Positions 1 to 9,614 of a stretch of DNA of 54,147 nt are shown here, one piece after another. The stretch covers positions 1-54,147 of IMG/VR virus record IMGVR_UViG_3300018080_000221; one strand, 5' to 3'. A program made the translations under genes and the position numbers. The DNA is from a virus (lineage: Duplodnaviria; Caudoviricetes). Position 1 is the stretch's first letter. Each line of letters opens with the position of its first letter. The notes beneath the pieces were generated by a model. The model did no database searches, had not been told where the DNA came from, and worked only from the letters and a program-made list of their open reading frames with translations.

Positions 1-123
1 AGGAGTGCCAGATGGCTGGACTGTACTTAACGACAATCCTCCAGCTACGGAGGTAACCGAGGTAGGGTCTGGGGCGGGGCATGGTGGGGCAGGTAATGGA
101 GCGGCTAACATATACCGCTCAGA
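1..123. repeat. 123-bp terminal direct repeat (copy 1); circular-assembly overlap
   Basis: Identical to 54025-54147; lies inside an ORF that reads through the junction in frame. Confidence 0.95.
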
Positions 124-925
124 TGCTAATGCTGTCGAGGCCCGCCAGAATGTATTGACTATAGGAGGCTGGTACAGGGCAGAGTCCGTGGTCAGCTTTG
201 CTGGTGGTGGAGCCGTTCGGATGGTGTTGGGGAATGCCATAGTCGTAGCTATGGGAGCAGTAGCGACTTATATCGGCACTGGTCGGGCCTCCGCCACCAG
301 CTATAGACTGCTCAGTGCAAGCTCTTCAGACGACATCACAGTAGACTCCACATCGGTTAAGGCATTAGCACTCGATGAGCTGTTCTCAAGCGTGCAGGTA
401 TCGACTGCAGACGTAGTGATATCTGCCGAGCTGGACGTTGTTACTGCTTACACCCAGGCTGGGTTGGTACTCAACCTGGACGATAAGGATAGCCCAGCCA
501 ACTTCGTTATAGCCTACCATGATGGCACTATGGTTTACTTGGAAAAGTGCGTAGCAGGTACGTATACTACCGTTCAGAGTACTGTCGTTGCCTACGCCGC
601 AGGGGCTACCCTAGTAGTTATCAAGGACGGTACTAGCTACTCGGTCTACTATAACAACGCCCAAGTAGGTACGACGCGGACGATTGCAGATGCTGGGATC
701 GTGGATAATACGCTACACGGTATGTTCTCTACCTACGAGGGGAACCAACTGGATAACTTCCTGCTGATGCCTAGGGGAACTGGCAACGAGTATAATACAC
801 TGGACCGCTGGAGCTATGACTATACCTGCCCAGCAGTACCTCCAGGGGTGATGCTCCTAGAGACAGGGGTAGACCAATTACTCCTTGAAGACGGCGATGG
901 AATTGAATTGGAGGACTTTACATAA
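1..925 (+). CDS. 3' part of ~591-aa virion accessory/fibre protein (starts at 53174); beta-rich, ConA/LamG-like C-terminal part
   Basis: In frame with ATG 53174 across the overlap; ends with LLLEDG-type motif; lies between portal and protease genes. Confidence 0.65.
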   Translation, partial: GVPDGWTVLNDNPPATEVTEVGSGAGHGGAGNGAANIYRSDANAVEARQNVLTIGGWYRAESVVSFAGGGAVRMVLGNAIVVAMGAVATYIGTGRASATSYRLLSASSSDDITVDSTSVKALALDELFSSVQVSTADVVISAELDVVTAYTQAGLVLNLDDKDSPANFVIAYHDGTMVYLEKCVAGTYTTVQSTVVAYAAGATLVVIKDGTSYSVYYNNAQVGTTRTIADAGIVDNTLHGMFSTYEGNQLDNFLLMPRGTGNEYNTLDRWSYDYTCPAVPPGVMLLETGVDQLLLEDGDGIELEDFT

Positions 926-1497
926 TGGCTGACCAGAAGATTACAGACCTGACGGCTCTGGCTACTCCAGACCCTGCAGACGTGCTGGCTATCGTTGATG
1001 ACCCTGCAGGCGCTCCAGCCACCAAGAAGATCACGGCAGATGCCCTGATCTACGGGTTGGCGGCTCTGGGAGAGGTATATACCAATGGAGGGGTCGGTAG
1101 CCAAACGCTGACCCTGCAAAATACCTGGTATCAGATCACCCAGATTGATAGCGACTGCGCCTGTGCGGTGAATACGACTCCAGATGCGGCTAACAATAAG
1201 ATTCAGGTAGACGTCACTGGGCTATATACTGTATCCTGGCAAATCTCCTTTAGTGGTACAGGAGGCCGCACTTTCGAGGTGCAGCCTAGGCTAGACGCCG
1301 CTCAACTGGCTAATGCCACTGCCGCCAGGAAGTTGGGGGTTGGCGGGGACGTAGGCTCTTGCGGGGCCATCGGTACGTTCGATGCCGCCGCAGTTACTGC
1401 AGACGTGACCTTGTGGGTCAGGTGCACTAGCCATGCAGGCGCTGACTTCGACGTGCAGGAACTGCAGCTCAGGATTGCCAAGGTAGCGTCGACGTGA
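925..1497 (+). CDS. Fibre/decoration protein with C1q/TNF-like beta C-terminus
   Basis: N-terminal MADQKITDL...TKKIT motif typical of phage fibres; GLYTVSWQISF strand pattern; TAATG coupling. Confidence 0.55.
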   Translation: MADQKITDLTALATPDPADVLAIVDDPAGAPATKKITADALIYGLAALGEVYTNGGVGSQTLTLQNTWYQITQIDSDCACAVNTTPDAANNKIQVDVTGLYTVSWQISFSGTGGRTFEVQPRLDAAQLANATAARKLGVGGDVGSCGAIGTFDAAAVTADVTLWVRCTSHAGADFDVQELQLRIAKVAST

Positions 1498-1772
1498 GCA
1501 GTGGATGGTTCTGGAGGGCATTGCCGTGGATATGGAACGCCGTGCAAGACGAATTGAAGCACTTTATATCGTCGGGGTTGGTGGCCTTATTAGCGTGGGG
1601 CTTGATGCGGTGGATCACCCACTTGCCCTCATATTTAAGGGCATACCCATCACGTGGGAGAATCTTGCCCGTAAAGCGGGGAGACCGCTACATCTACCTA
1701 TGGTGCTTATCAGTGGTACCATTTTCATCGTACTTGGTGCATTATGTTGTGGATTTCTACTTGACGAAATGA
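1494..1772 (+). CDS. Small membrane protein
   Basis: Two hydrophobic segments; GTGA overlap with upstream stop. Confidence 0.5.
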   Translation: MSSGWFWRALPWIWNAVQDELKHFISSGLVALLAWGLMRWITHLPSYLRAYPSRGRILPVKRGDRYIYLWCLSVVPFSSYLVHYVVDFYLTK

Positions 1773-1817
1773 GTGGCACACACGCCTAGTTTCGGGGCTG
1801 TGCAAGGAGGTTTGATT

Positions 1818-2558
1818 GTGAATGGGAAGAAAGACTGGTCACTATGGCAGAAGAGGGCTGTAGTCCTCGATGCCTGGTGGAAGTCCTATGGCATGGAGCC
1901 ACCGTACCCATACGTCCACGAGGTATTCGATAAGTATTTGATTGTGGACATCGACTCCAGATATGCCAAGGTGAAGTACGACTTTAACGATGGTGAGGTG
2001 GCCTTCTCTGAGCCTGAGACTTGGAAGCCAGTGCAGGTCGAGTATAAGTCTGGGCTGGCGGTAGTACGTCGCACCGTCCTCCAGCCTATCAAGTTCTCTG
2101 GCGGTAGCGAGTTGGAGTACGAGTGCTATGGCATCTTGTTTGGCGACGAGGACCACCGTGACTTGGAGGGTACATACTTCACCAAGGACACGAACTTCTA
2201 TCTCGACTGGTACAATCAGCGGCCGTGGCTCTACCACCATGGAATGAACAAGCACGTTTCGTTGGATGCCGCTGGAGTATGGAAGACTGCAGAGGCAGAC
2301 GATAAGGGAGTATTCTTTACTGGCGAACTAGACTCCCGCCATAAGTACCTGGAAGAAATTCAGACGCTGCTGGATGAGGGTAATCTATACCCATCAACTG
2401 GTACGTTTAGCTATCTGATGAAAGTAAGTAAAGGTGGATGGATCTCTGACTGGCCTGTCGGAGAACTATCCTCAACAGTGGCCCCGGCGGAGTTCCGTAT
2501 GGACGCCATCAGTCCGAGGGCTGCTAAGGCATTGGAAACCTTAGGAGGTATGCCATGA
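1818..2558 (+). CDS. Prohead maturation protease (HK97-like)
   Basis: DLEGTYFT...LYHHG...ELSS..PAE motifs; AGGAGG before GTG 1818; upstream of scaffold/capsid. Confidence 0.75.
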   Translation: MNGKKDWSLWQKRAVVLDAWWKSYGMEPPYPYVHEVFDKYLIVDIDSRYAKVKYDFNDGEVAFSEPETWKPVQVEYKSGLAVVRRTVLQPIKFSGGSELEYECYGILFGDEDHRDLEGTYFTKDTNFYLDWYNQRPWLYHHGMNKHVSLDAAGVWKTAEADDKGVFFTGELDSRHKYLEEIQTLLDEGNLYPSTGTFSYLMKVSKGGWISDWPVGELSSTVAPAEFRMDAISPRAAKALETLGGMP

Positions 2559-3034
2559 GCAAGTTGTTGGACCGCATCCCCTGGCTTCGTGCCAATGCTG
2601 CCAAGAGTGACGCTGAGGTTGAGTCGGAGGAGGGGGGGACTCAAGAACAGCCAGAGGCTCAGGAAGCAGCCACGGACACCGAGCAGGAGGAACAGGAGCA
2701 AGAGCAGACTGTGACCCTGGAAGAGATTGTCGAGCAGGTCAGGACGGCAGTCTTGGAGGAGGTGCAGCAGGCACTCGAACCTATCGTCAAGGCAGTCCAG
2801 GATATGGATCAGGCCATCCAGTCCCAGGACAGGCAGTTGGCGGAGGTTACCAAGAGTACCGCTGAGCAGGTCAAGAGCGCAATGTCGGGGGGTGATTGGC
2901 TCAAGAACCTTTATATCCGCAGTCGGGATGAGGAAGCCGCTGAGCAGCCTGACCCCGATCAGCCCCCAGAGGCAGCCGTACTGGCAGAGGGTGAAACCCC
3001 CAGTGGCCGTATCTTTGGGCAGAACAAGGCTTAG
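2555..3034 (+). CDS. Scaffolding protein
   Basis: Acidic coiled-coil between protease and capsid genes. Confidence 0.6.
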   Translation: MSKLLDRIPWLRANAAKSDAEVESEEGGTQEQPEAQEAATDTEQEEQEQEQTVTLEEIVEQVRTAVLEEVQQALEPIVKAVQDMDQAIQSQDRQLAEVTKSTAEQVKSAMSGGDWLKNLYIRSRDEEAAEQPDPDQPPEAAVLAEGETPSGRIFGQNKA

Positions 3035-3045
3035 GAGGTATAGCC

Positions 3046-4488
3046 ATGAATATCGTTGTTAGACCAGATGGCACCTTGGCGCTGGCTCAGCCCCAGGATA
3101 GTGCCATCCGAGCATCAGGCAATCCAGTGACGACTCCACCCATCTATGGGCATGGCGGATTGTTTGGTATGGCAGGGATCGACCCTGTAGTCGTCAATGC
3201 TATGGTCGGGGCGCACGGCATCGAGAGGGAGTTGTCCTTCTTTGGTTCTGATGTCCAGACGCCGTACTACGACACGCTGATGTATATCGGCTCTAGTGGC
3301 TATGCCCAGTCCTCGTTGTGTGGGGATTGTGGTAAGCCGTCCTTCAAGGAAGCGGTCCAGAGTGCCTGCTTTGGCCGTCTGTGCCAGATGACCAACGAGC
3401 ACGCAGTGGATATGCTGGGCATGAAGGGTACGTTCGCCCACAAGCGAGTCGCGCTCTTTAACCCCGTCACCGACGCTGCAGGTAACACGGTCATCGCCCA
3501 GGGCCAGGAGATTCAGGATAAGTTCCTCCTGGAAGTCGCTGGTATGGGCCTGGGCCTGCGTAACCGCCTGGCTACTGAGCTTTGGACGGGCAACCCTGCC
3601 AATAACCTGGGCGGGCATTGGGAGTTCCCTGGCTTGCAGTTGCTGGTGAATACGGGCAAGACCTGCGCTGCCAGTGGTATCGCTACTCCTGGCCTGGATA
3701 GTTACGTGGCCAGCTATGGCAGCAACGTCATCGGTGCTTTGGGCAGCCCCAGCATCGTCTCGACAGTGGCGGCAATGATTCGCTCCCTGCGCTTCCGTGC
3801 CCAGGCAGCTAACCTGAACCCCGACACCTTTGACGAGTTCATCGCCGTGCATCCTAGACTGAAGGAGTGTATCCTGGATGCTTGGGCCTGCGAGTATGGC
3901 TTGAAGTGTCAGAACACGACTGTATCAGCTGAGACCCGCAACGATAGCTTGGCGCTGGCCAATATCCGCGACGACATGATGAAGGGTAGCTACATCGTCG
4001 TCGATGGCCGTCGCATCCGAGTAGTCTCTGATAGCCAGATGCCAGTGACGGCAGTTCCATATGGCAACTATACAGCGTGGCGTGGTAGTATCTTCTACCT
4101 GGTGAAGAGTGTCGAGGGCGAACTGATCTTGTGGGGTGAGTACCAGGACTTCAACAAGACGTTCGGGGCCAGCTTGTCCTGGATCAAGAGCATGGTCGGT
4201 GGTGCGCCATTGACCATCACCGATGGCGGTCGGTTCATTGTGGCAGGCGACTTCCACGATGGCCTCTGCTTCGATGCCAAGCTCCTAACCAAGACACGCC
4301 TGATCGCTCGCATGCCGTGGTTGCTGGGTCGTATCGACAACGTCGTGTGCTTGCCGCTGGGCACGTACCCCGATGTTACCGGCAGTGGTGGCCTGTACGA
4401 TAACCAAGGCGGCACGCAGTACAAGCCGTACCTGGGTATCTATGGCGAGTGTGGCCAGCTGGACGAGGCCCAGGCGCCAATCCAGTAG
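3046..4488 (+). CDS. Major capsid protein
   Basis: 480 aa, strong AGGAGG RBS, biased codon use, LWTGN...FPGLQLL HK97-fold-like segment, followed by terminator. Confidence 0.75.
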   Translation: MNIVVRPDGTLALAQPQDSAIRASGNPVTTPPIYGHGGLFGMAGIDPVVVNAMVGAHGIERELSFFGSDVQTPYYDTLMYIGSSGYAQSSLCGDCGKPSFKEAVQSACFGRLCQMTNEHAVDMLGMKGTFAHKRVALFNPVTDAAGNTVIAQGQEIQDKFLLEVAGMGLGLRNRLATELWTGNPANNLGGHWEFPGLQLLVNTGKTCAASGIATPGLDSYVASYGSNVIGALGSPSIVSTVAAMIRSLRFRAQAANLNPDTFDEFIAVHPRLKECILDAWACEYGLKCQNTTVSAETRNDSLALANIRDDMMKGSYIVVDGRRIRVVSDSQMPVTAVPYGNYTAWRGSIFYLVKSVEGELILWGEYQDFNKTFGASLSWIKSMVGGAPLTITDGGRFIVAGDFHDGLCFDAKLLTKTRLIARMPWLLGRIDNVVCLPLGTYPDVTGSGGLYDNQGGTQYKPYLGIYGECGQLDEAQAPIQ

Positions 4489-4504
4489 TCTTTAGCTTTT
4501 AGTG

Positions 4505-4554
4505 GGCTACCAGCCGAGGCGCAATCCCCCCACCGCCAAGGCTGGTAGCCTTTT
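4505..4554 (+). terminator. Intrinsic terminator after capsid gene
   Basis: GGCTACCAGCC...GGCTGGTAGCC stem followed by TTTT. Confidence 0.7.
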
Positions 4555-4576
4555 ATCACGAGAGGGGGATGGGGGA

Positions 4577-5377
4577 ATGAGTACCGTCATCTACATACAT
4601 ATACCGAAGTGCGCAGGGTCTACAGCCTTGGGCATCTTGCATCCACTGTTTAAGGATGAAGAGATATTCCGGCAACGGGGCAGCGTCATCCAGGAGTATG
4701 GATGGTTGAGAGATAAGTCCGATGAGGAGAAGATGCGCCTCCGGTTGGTGTGTGGGCATATGTGCTACGGTTGGCACGAGGCTTTGGCTGAAGGCCAGCC
4801 GTACACGTATATAACCTTATTGAGAGACCCAGTCAATCGAGTGCTTAGCTTTTGCAGGTACGTGGAGAGGTTTAGCTGGCATACCATGAACGAGGTGATG
4901 CTAGATTTCGATAGCGATTGGGCCAAGTTCGTATCTTCAGGAAGGTGCAGGGCTGTAGACAATGGTATGGTCCGCATCCTATGCGGGGCAGACCAGATGT
5001 GGCAGGCCGACAAGAGAGGCGACATGAAGTTGCCTTATGGCTCCATTACTGAAGAGCATCTGGAGATGGCCAAAGAGAACCTAAAGAGATTTGCAGTAAT
5101 AGGTATTACTGAGCAATTCGACTTATTTATGCACCAGTTGAGGGCGCAGTTTGGTTGGGAGGTGCCACTCGCGTATAAGAGCGTCAACAGCCAAGGCAGA
5201 CTCAGAAAAGAGGACTATCCCTGGCATGTCTATGAGGCTATAAGAGAGGCCACTAGATTGGACCAAAAGCTCTACAGCTGGGCGATACAAGAAAGGATGG
5301 GGGGTACAATATATGAAGCGCCTTTATCTTGGTTCGGGCCGCAAGAGGCTGCCGGGATACATACATATAGATGCTGA
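4577..5377 (+). CDS. Sulfotransferase (Sulfotransfer_2 / Gal-3-O-sulfotransferase-like)
   Basis: 5'-PSB IHIPKCAGST and 3'-PB LRDPVNRVLS motifs; C-terminal LDQKLY. Confidence 0.85.
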   Translation: MSTVIYIHIPKCAGSTALGILHPLFKDEEIFRQRGSVIQEYGWLRDKSDEEKMRLRLVCGHMCYGWHEALAEGQPYTYITLLRDPVNRVLSFCRYVERFSWHTMNEVMLDFDSDWAKFVSSGRCRAVDNGMVRILCGADQMWQADKRGDMKLPYGSITEEHLEMAKENLKRFAVIGITEQFDLFMHQLRAQFGWEVPLAYKSVNSQGRLRKEDYPWHVYEAIREATRLDQKLYSWAIQERMGGTIYEAPLSWFGPQEAAGIHTYRC

Positions 5378-5849
5378 TCCAGACGTATGTCCCGACCTAG
5401 TGACCACAATAGACGACCTATCGGAGATTGAGAGCAGGTCGGTAGAGGCAGTCTATGCCTGCCATGTACTGGAGCACGTAGACAGATACGACGTTTTGCG
5501 TACTCTGCAAGAATGGCATAGGGTACTCATACCTGGAGGGGAGCTCAGGGTAGCAGTGCCAGACTTCGAGACCATGGTGGAGTTGTATGCCGGAGGAGTA
5601 CACCTGGAACGTATCTGGGGATTGTTTTATGGGGGCCAGAGGACGGAGTGGGACAGCCATAGGGTAGTGTTCGACTACGAAACCTTGGCCACCTACCTCC
5701 AAAAGGCTGGCTTCTATGGGATGGAGAAGTATAATGCCTATAAGTGGCTGGACAGGATTAACCTGGACGCTGGCTCTTATATCGACTTTAGCACAGCCAC
5801 GATCAACGGCATCTTGATATCCCTGAATGTAGTGGGGTTTGCCAAATGA
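5313..5849 (+). CDS. Class I SAM-dependent methyltransferase
   Basis: LYLGSG, IDAD, HVLEH, EWHRVLIPGG..VPD motifs. Confidence 0.85.
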   Translation: MKRLYLGSGRKRLPGYIHIDADPDVCPDLVTTIDDLSEIESRSVEAVYACHVLEHVDRYDVLRTLQEWHRVLIPGGELRVAVPDFETMVELYAGGVHLERIWGLFYGGQRTEWDSHRVVFDYETLATYLQKAGFYGMEKYNAYKWLDRINLDAGSYIDFSTATINGILISLNVVGFAK

Positions 5850-7600
5850 GCGATAACTACCAGGTAGAGTTAGTAAGTGGTACATACAACCGACTGCAGC
5901 TACTACAAAGGATGATAGCTTCTGCCAGGAAGTCTGTGGGCAGGCTGCGGTATAGGTTTATCCTGGTAGACGGCGGCTCGACTGACGGGACCATCGACTG
6001 GTGCAAGGAGCAAGACGACATCCTGCTTATCGAGCAGGGGGAGTTGCTAGGAGCTATCAAAGCCTACAATGCTGGATGCGAGGCGGCGACTGGTGAGTAC
6101 GTCGTCATCCTTAACGACGACATTACAGTTAATGGCAACTCTATCGTCCAAGGCTATAACTTCATGGAGAGTCATCCTGAGTGCGGTCAAGGAGCGTTTG
6201 GGCATGTCTACCAACGTAGGGGAGATAAGGCCAAGAGCGAAGTCCGTTGGCAAGGGGCCTATGGCTATCTCTATGGCCAGTGCAGCATTATCCGTAGGGA
6301 GCTTGGAGAGCTGGTCGGATGGTGGGGTACTGGTTACCGTACCTACGCCGGAGATACCCAGCTCAGCTTGAGGCTATGGGAATGCGGCTGGTCCGTACTG
6401 AGGGTAGTAGAGGCCAGCGTTACCGACTATGAGTTTGAGGATGAGCTCAGAGTCGTTAACGGTAAGGGGGCCAGTAACGTTCATCCAGACACCATTGCAT
6501 TCCAGCAGAGGTGGAAGGGCAGACTGCCTGCCGTGCGCGACTGGATACCTGCTGGCTATAACCGCATCTGGGGCAAGGCTGCTAGGGGAACTCTGAAGAC
6601 TGTACGGTTCAAGATTACCCCTCCTAACTGGCCTGAGAGGACTGCCTTGATTAACGTCTTCAAGAAGTACGGAGAGGCTACCCAGATCAACCAGTCAGAT
6701 TATAGCAGGAAGAACGGGCACGCAGCACTGCAGAAGTACGCCATAGATTGGGTACATAGGAACAAGCCAGACCTTATCTTGCTTCAGTCCCATGTCCCCA
6801 AGAACGCCGTGCTTCCAGAGACCGCACGCACAATGAAGCGCCTGTGCCCTGACGCGGTGATCGTGAATTGGAATGGGGACTGCCACTTCCCACTGAGCGA
6901 CTTTGACATCTCTATAGCCAGGTCGGTGGACTTGCACCTTCATATCTCGCCTACCCTGTATCCAGAGTACTTGGAGCGCGGGGTAGGTAACGTAGGATAC
7001 TGGCCCATTGGAGTGGAGACTGAGTTCTTTGAGGCTGAGAGGGCTACCAATTGGACTTCTCAAGGCCCTGGGCCAGACGTGATCTTCCTTGGCGCCCTCT
7101 ACGGTATTGGAGTCTTTCCAGAGGCCAAGACCAGACGAGAGGCAGTACATCGGTTATGGACGGATGACGAGGTGAGTCTGAAGGTCTATGGCCCAGGCTG
7201 GCACCAGATAGGGATAAACACGCATCCTACCTGGGATCGCTTCTTGGAGAATGCTGAGGCATATGCTAACTCCGCTATGGCCTTGAGCATCAGTCAGGCA
7301 TCCCATCTCTGGGGATATACTTCCGACAGGCTCTACAACATTTGCGCAAGTGGCTGTCCCGCCCTGGTCCAGAAGTTCGAGGGTATGGAGGAGCATGGAT
7401 TCGTGGATGGCGAGACCTGCATAGCCTGGGATGGCCTAAACAATATGATGGATCAGGTTAGGTACTACCTGAAGCCAGAGAACGTAGATCATCGAGAAAG
7501 AATAGCCATAGCAGGACGTCAGTTGATCAAGGATAAGCATACCTGGGACCATCGAGTGCCTGTATTGTTTGATATGATAGGGGGATTGCAATGCCGTTAG
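5846..7600 (+). CDS. Two-domain glycosyltransferase (GT2 + CgeB-like GT-B)
   Basis: TYNR, VDGGSTDGT, LNDD in N-half; SDRLYNICASG...HTWDHR in C-half. Confidence 0.85.
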   Translation: MSDNYQVELVSGTYNRLQLLQRMIASARKSVGRLRYRFILVDGGSTDGTIDWCKEQDDILLIEQGELLGAIKAYNAGCEAATGEYVVILNDDITVNGNSIVQGYNFMESHPECGQGAFGHVYQRRGDKAKSEVRWQGAYGYLYGQCSIIRRELGELVGWWGTGYRTYAGDTQLSLRLWECGWSVLRVVEASVTDYEFEDELRVVNGKGASNVHPDTIAFQQRWKGRLPAVRDWIPAGYNRIWGKAARGTLKTVRFKITPPNWPERTALINVFKKYGEATQINQSDYSRKNGHAALQKYAIDWVHRNKPDLILLQSHVPKNAVLPETARTMKRLCPDAVIVNWNGDCHFPLSDFDISIARSVDLHLHISPTLYPEYLERGVGNVGYWPIGVETEFFEAERATNWTSQGPGPDVIFLGALYGIGVFPEAKTRREAVHRLWTDDEVSLKVYGPGWHQIGINTHPTWDRFLENAEAYANSAMALSISQASHLWGYTSDRLYNICASGCPALVQKFEGMEEHGFVDGETCIAWDGLNNMMDQVRYYLKPENVDHRERIAIAGRQLIKDKHTWDHRVPVLFDMIGGLQCR

Positions 7601-8601
7601 TTAGTTTGATTATGCCTGCCAAGCTGGAGTCCGATGAGGACGTGGGCTGGATGAAGGAGCAACTAGAGACCATCCTGACTCAGGACCAAGAGAGCTGGGA
7701 GCTGCTTGTGGTTAACGACCACTCAGGCCAGTCCTTCAAGCCTCTGGCAGACTTCTTCAGGGACGACCGGATCAGTGGGATGAAGGCTAGTGGGTATGGC
7801 CCTGCAGCTGCTAGGAATCAAGCAGCAGAGGCCAGCACCAGTGGACTCCTGCTTCCGGTAGACCACGACGACAAGGTAGCACCAGGGGCACTCAAGCTCT
7901 TGCTTGGTGGGTGGGGCGAGTGCGGTAATGGAGTAATCTATGGGGATACGGTGATCTTTGGAGAGAACGGTAGCCGTGTATTCCAGTCTCCTCCATTCGA
8001 CCCAGACCTGATGCTGAAGCAGCTATTGATGCCAGTCTTTGGCCTGCATAGTAAGGCTGCATGGCAAGATGCTGGTGGATGGAAGTCCCAGCTTGAGCAT
8101 GGCCTAGAGGACTGGGAATACTACCTATCCTTGATGGAAAAGGGCCATTGCGGACACCACGTCAAGGGAGTCACCTATTACTACCGCAAGCATACCGGTA
8201 GCCGACTTTCAAACCTATTAGCCACGGATACAGGCTACCAGGTAGCCTATTCCAGAATGAGAGATATGCATAGCGACCTGTTCGCTGGGAGGATAAAAGT
8301 GCCTTGTGGACCTTGCTCAGGACAAATCGTAGGAAATAACAAGCCCATTCAGCCGCAGTCGTCTGTCATGACGGCAGTTCAGATGTCTCAAGTACCAGCT
8401 GACCAGTTGGTGCGGGTAGAGTACACTGGTAGACGTGCTGGCTCCTTTACCATTACTGGCCGTCCTAGTATGGCTCAATACGACGTGTCTGGGCCTGGGA
8501 GCGAGCTGGTTGGAGTAGACGGGCGACCAGGCGTGCTTGGCCAGGACATCAGGTTCATTACCTCCTTGGACGGTGGTAATACCTTTAGGGTAGTCCAATG
8601 A
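7591..8601 (+). CDS. GT2 glycosyltransferase with extra C-terminal domain
   Basis: VSLIMP, VNDHS, ARN, VDHDD, LEDWE, YYYRKH motifs. Confidence 0.85.
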   Translation: MPLVSLIMPAKLESDEDVGWMKEQLETILTQDQESWELLVVNDHSGQSFKPLADFFRDDRISGMKASGYGPAAARNQAAEASTSGLLLPVDHDDKVAPGALKLLLGGWGECGNGVIYGDTVIFGENGSRVFQSPPFDPDLMLKQLLMPVFGLHSKAAWQDAGGWKSQLEHGLEDWEYYLSLMEKGHCGHHVKGVTYYYRKHTGSRLSNLLATDTGYQVAYSRMRDMHSDLFAGRIKVPCGPCSGQIVGNNKPIQPQSSVMTAVQMSQVPADQLVRVEYTGRRAGSFTITGRPSMAQYDVSGPGSELVGVDGRPGVLGQDIRFITSLDGGNTFRVVQ

Positions 8602-9350
8602 TTATATGGCTGGCATCGTATCCAAGGTCGGGGAATACCTTGACTAGGATAGCAGTAAACGCTTTGTATGGAATTAAGACCCACTCCATGCATGCCGATG
8701 CCCCCTTGAATAGGCAGGACTACAGAGTAGCCTACGGATTTGTCATCAACGACAAGCTCAAGAATAAGTTGTATAGGCTGCGTGATAGGCCGCAGAGGTA
8801 CTTCATCAAGACTCATGCTGTCCTGGATAAGCCTAACTATATACAAGACGAGGACAAGGCCATCTATATAGTCAGGGATGGCCGGGATGCATTGGTATCT
8901 CGTGCCCACTTCTTTGCTGACAAGTATGCTGAGTATAAGGGCCATTTCATTGGTACCCTGAAGAGGTTGGTGATAGAGGATATCAAGTACAGACCTTGGA
9001 GCGAGTCGGTAATGACCTGGGCGGCTAGGCCAAATACTGCCTACGTCAGGTATGAGGAGATGGTGGTAGACCCATTTGGAGCCTTGGGAGCTGCCATGGC
9101 CAAGCTTGGGGTCAGTATCCCAAAAAAGAGTAGGGAAATGCCCAAGTTCACCACACTACACGACTCGGACAGTACCTTCTTCCGCAGGGGGGCAGCGAGG
9201 GCCTGGGTAGACGAGATGCCGGAGGAGCTGATCCAGGAGTTCTGGACTAGGAATTGGAGGGGGATGGTCTACTATGGATATGGAGATGGTGGTCAAGTTT
9301 CTGCTAGCGACATTAGCGATCTACAAGCTGAGTATGGTGCTTGTCCATGA
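8598..9350 (+). CDS. Sulfotransferase (Sulfotransfer_1 family)
   Basis: WLASYPRSGNT, IKTH, YIVRDGRDALVS, RYEEM, FFRRG motifs. Confidence 0.88.
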   Translation: MIIWLASYPRSGNTLTRIAVNALYGIKTHSMHADAPLNRQDYRVAYGFVINDKLKNKLYRLRDRPQRYFIKTHAVLDKPNYIQDEDKAIYIVRDGRDALVSRAHFFADKYAEYKGHFIGTLKRLVIEDIKYRPWSESVMTWAARPNTAYVRYEEMVVDPFGALGAAMAKLGVSIPKKSREMPKFTTLHDSDSTFFRRGAARAWVDEMPEELIQEFWTRNWRGMVYYGYGDGGQVSASDISDLQAEYGACP

Positions 9351-9606
9351 GAAATGGGGCGACCCGATCAGGGATAGGCTGGGCAAGGTCTGGATGACTA
9401 ACAAAGTCGGGATTCCAGTGACCTGGCTAGGCCGAACCCTCAGCTGCTTCTTCTGTACATCGTTCTTGGCGGCAGTCGTGGTCTTTACCGTACTCTTTTA
9501 CAAGACACCTGCACACGCGCTTTTAGGGGCGTGTGCTGCTTCTGGCGGAGTCGAACTACTATACATCTGGTCAGGCTCTCATAGGCTGTTCAGGGTCAAA
9601 GACTAG
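9274..9606 (+). CDS. DUF1360-like membrane protein
   Basis: LAIYKLS...E...PIR...LSCFFCTS pattern; hydrophobic helices; start may be 9286. Confidence 0.6.
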   Translation: MDMEMVVKFLLATLAIYKLSMVLVHEKWGDPIRDRLGKVWMTNKVGIPVTWLGRTLSCFFCTSFLAAVVVFTVLFYKTPAHALLGACAASGGVELLYIWSGSHRLFRVKD

Positions 9607-9614
9607 GAGTCCTT

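Noticed and set aside
1-123. Terminal repeat as a biological direct terminal repeat
   Set aside because: It falls mid-gene with the frame continuous across it, which is typical of a circular-assembly overlap
3115-3852. Long antisense ORFs (this one and many others in the track)
   Set aside because: Shadows of well-supported genes on the opposite strand, without RBS or motifs
4502-4576. Upstream GTG start of the first sulfotransferase
   Set aside because: Runs through the terminator hairpin; the family motif begins right after ATG 4577
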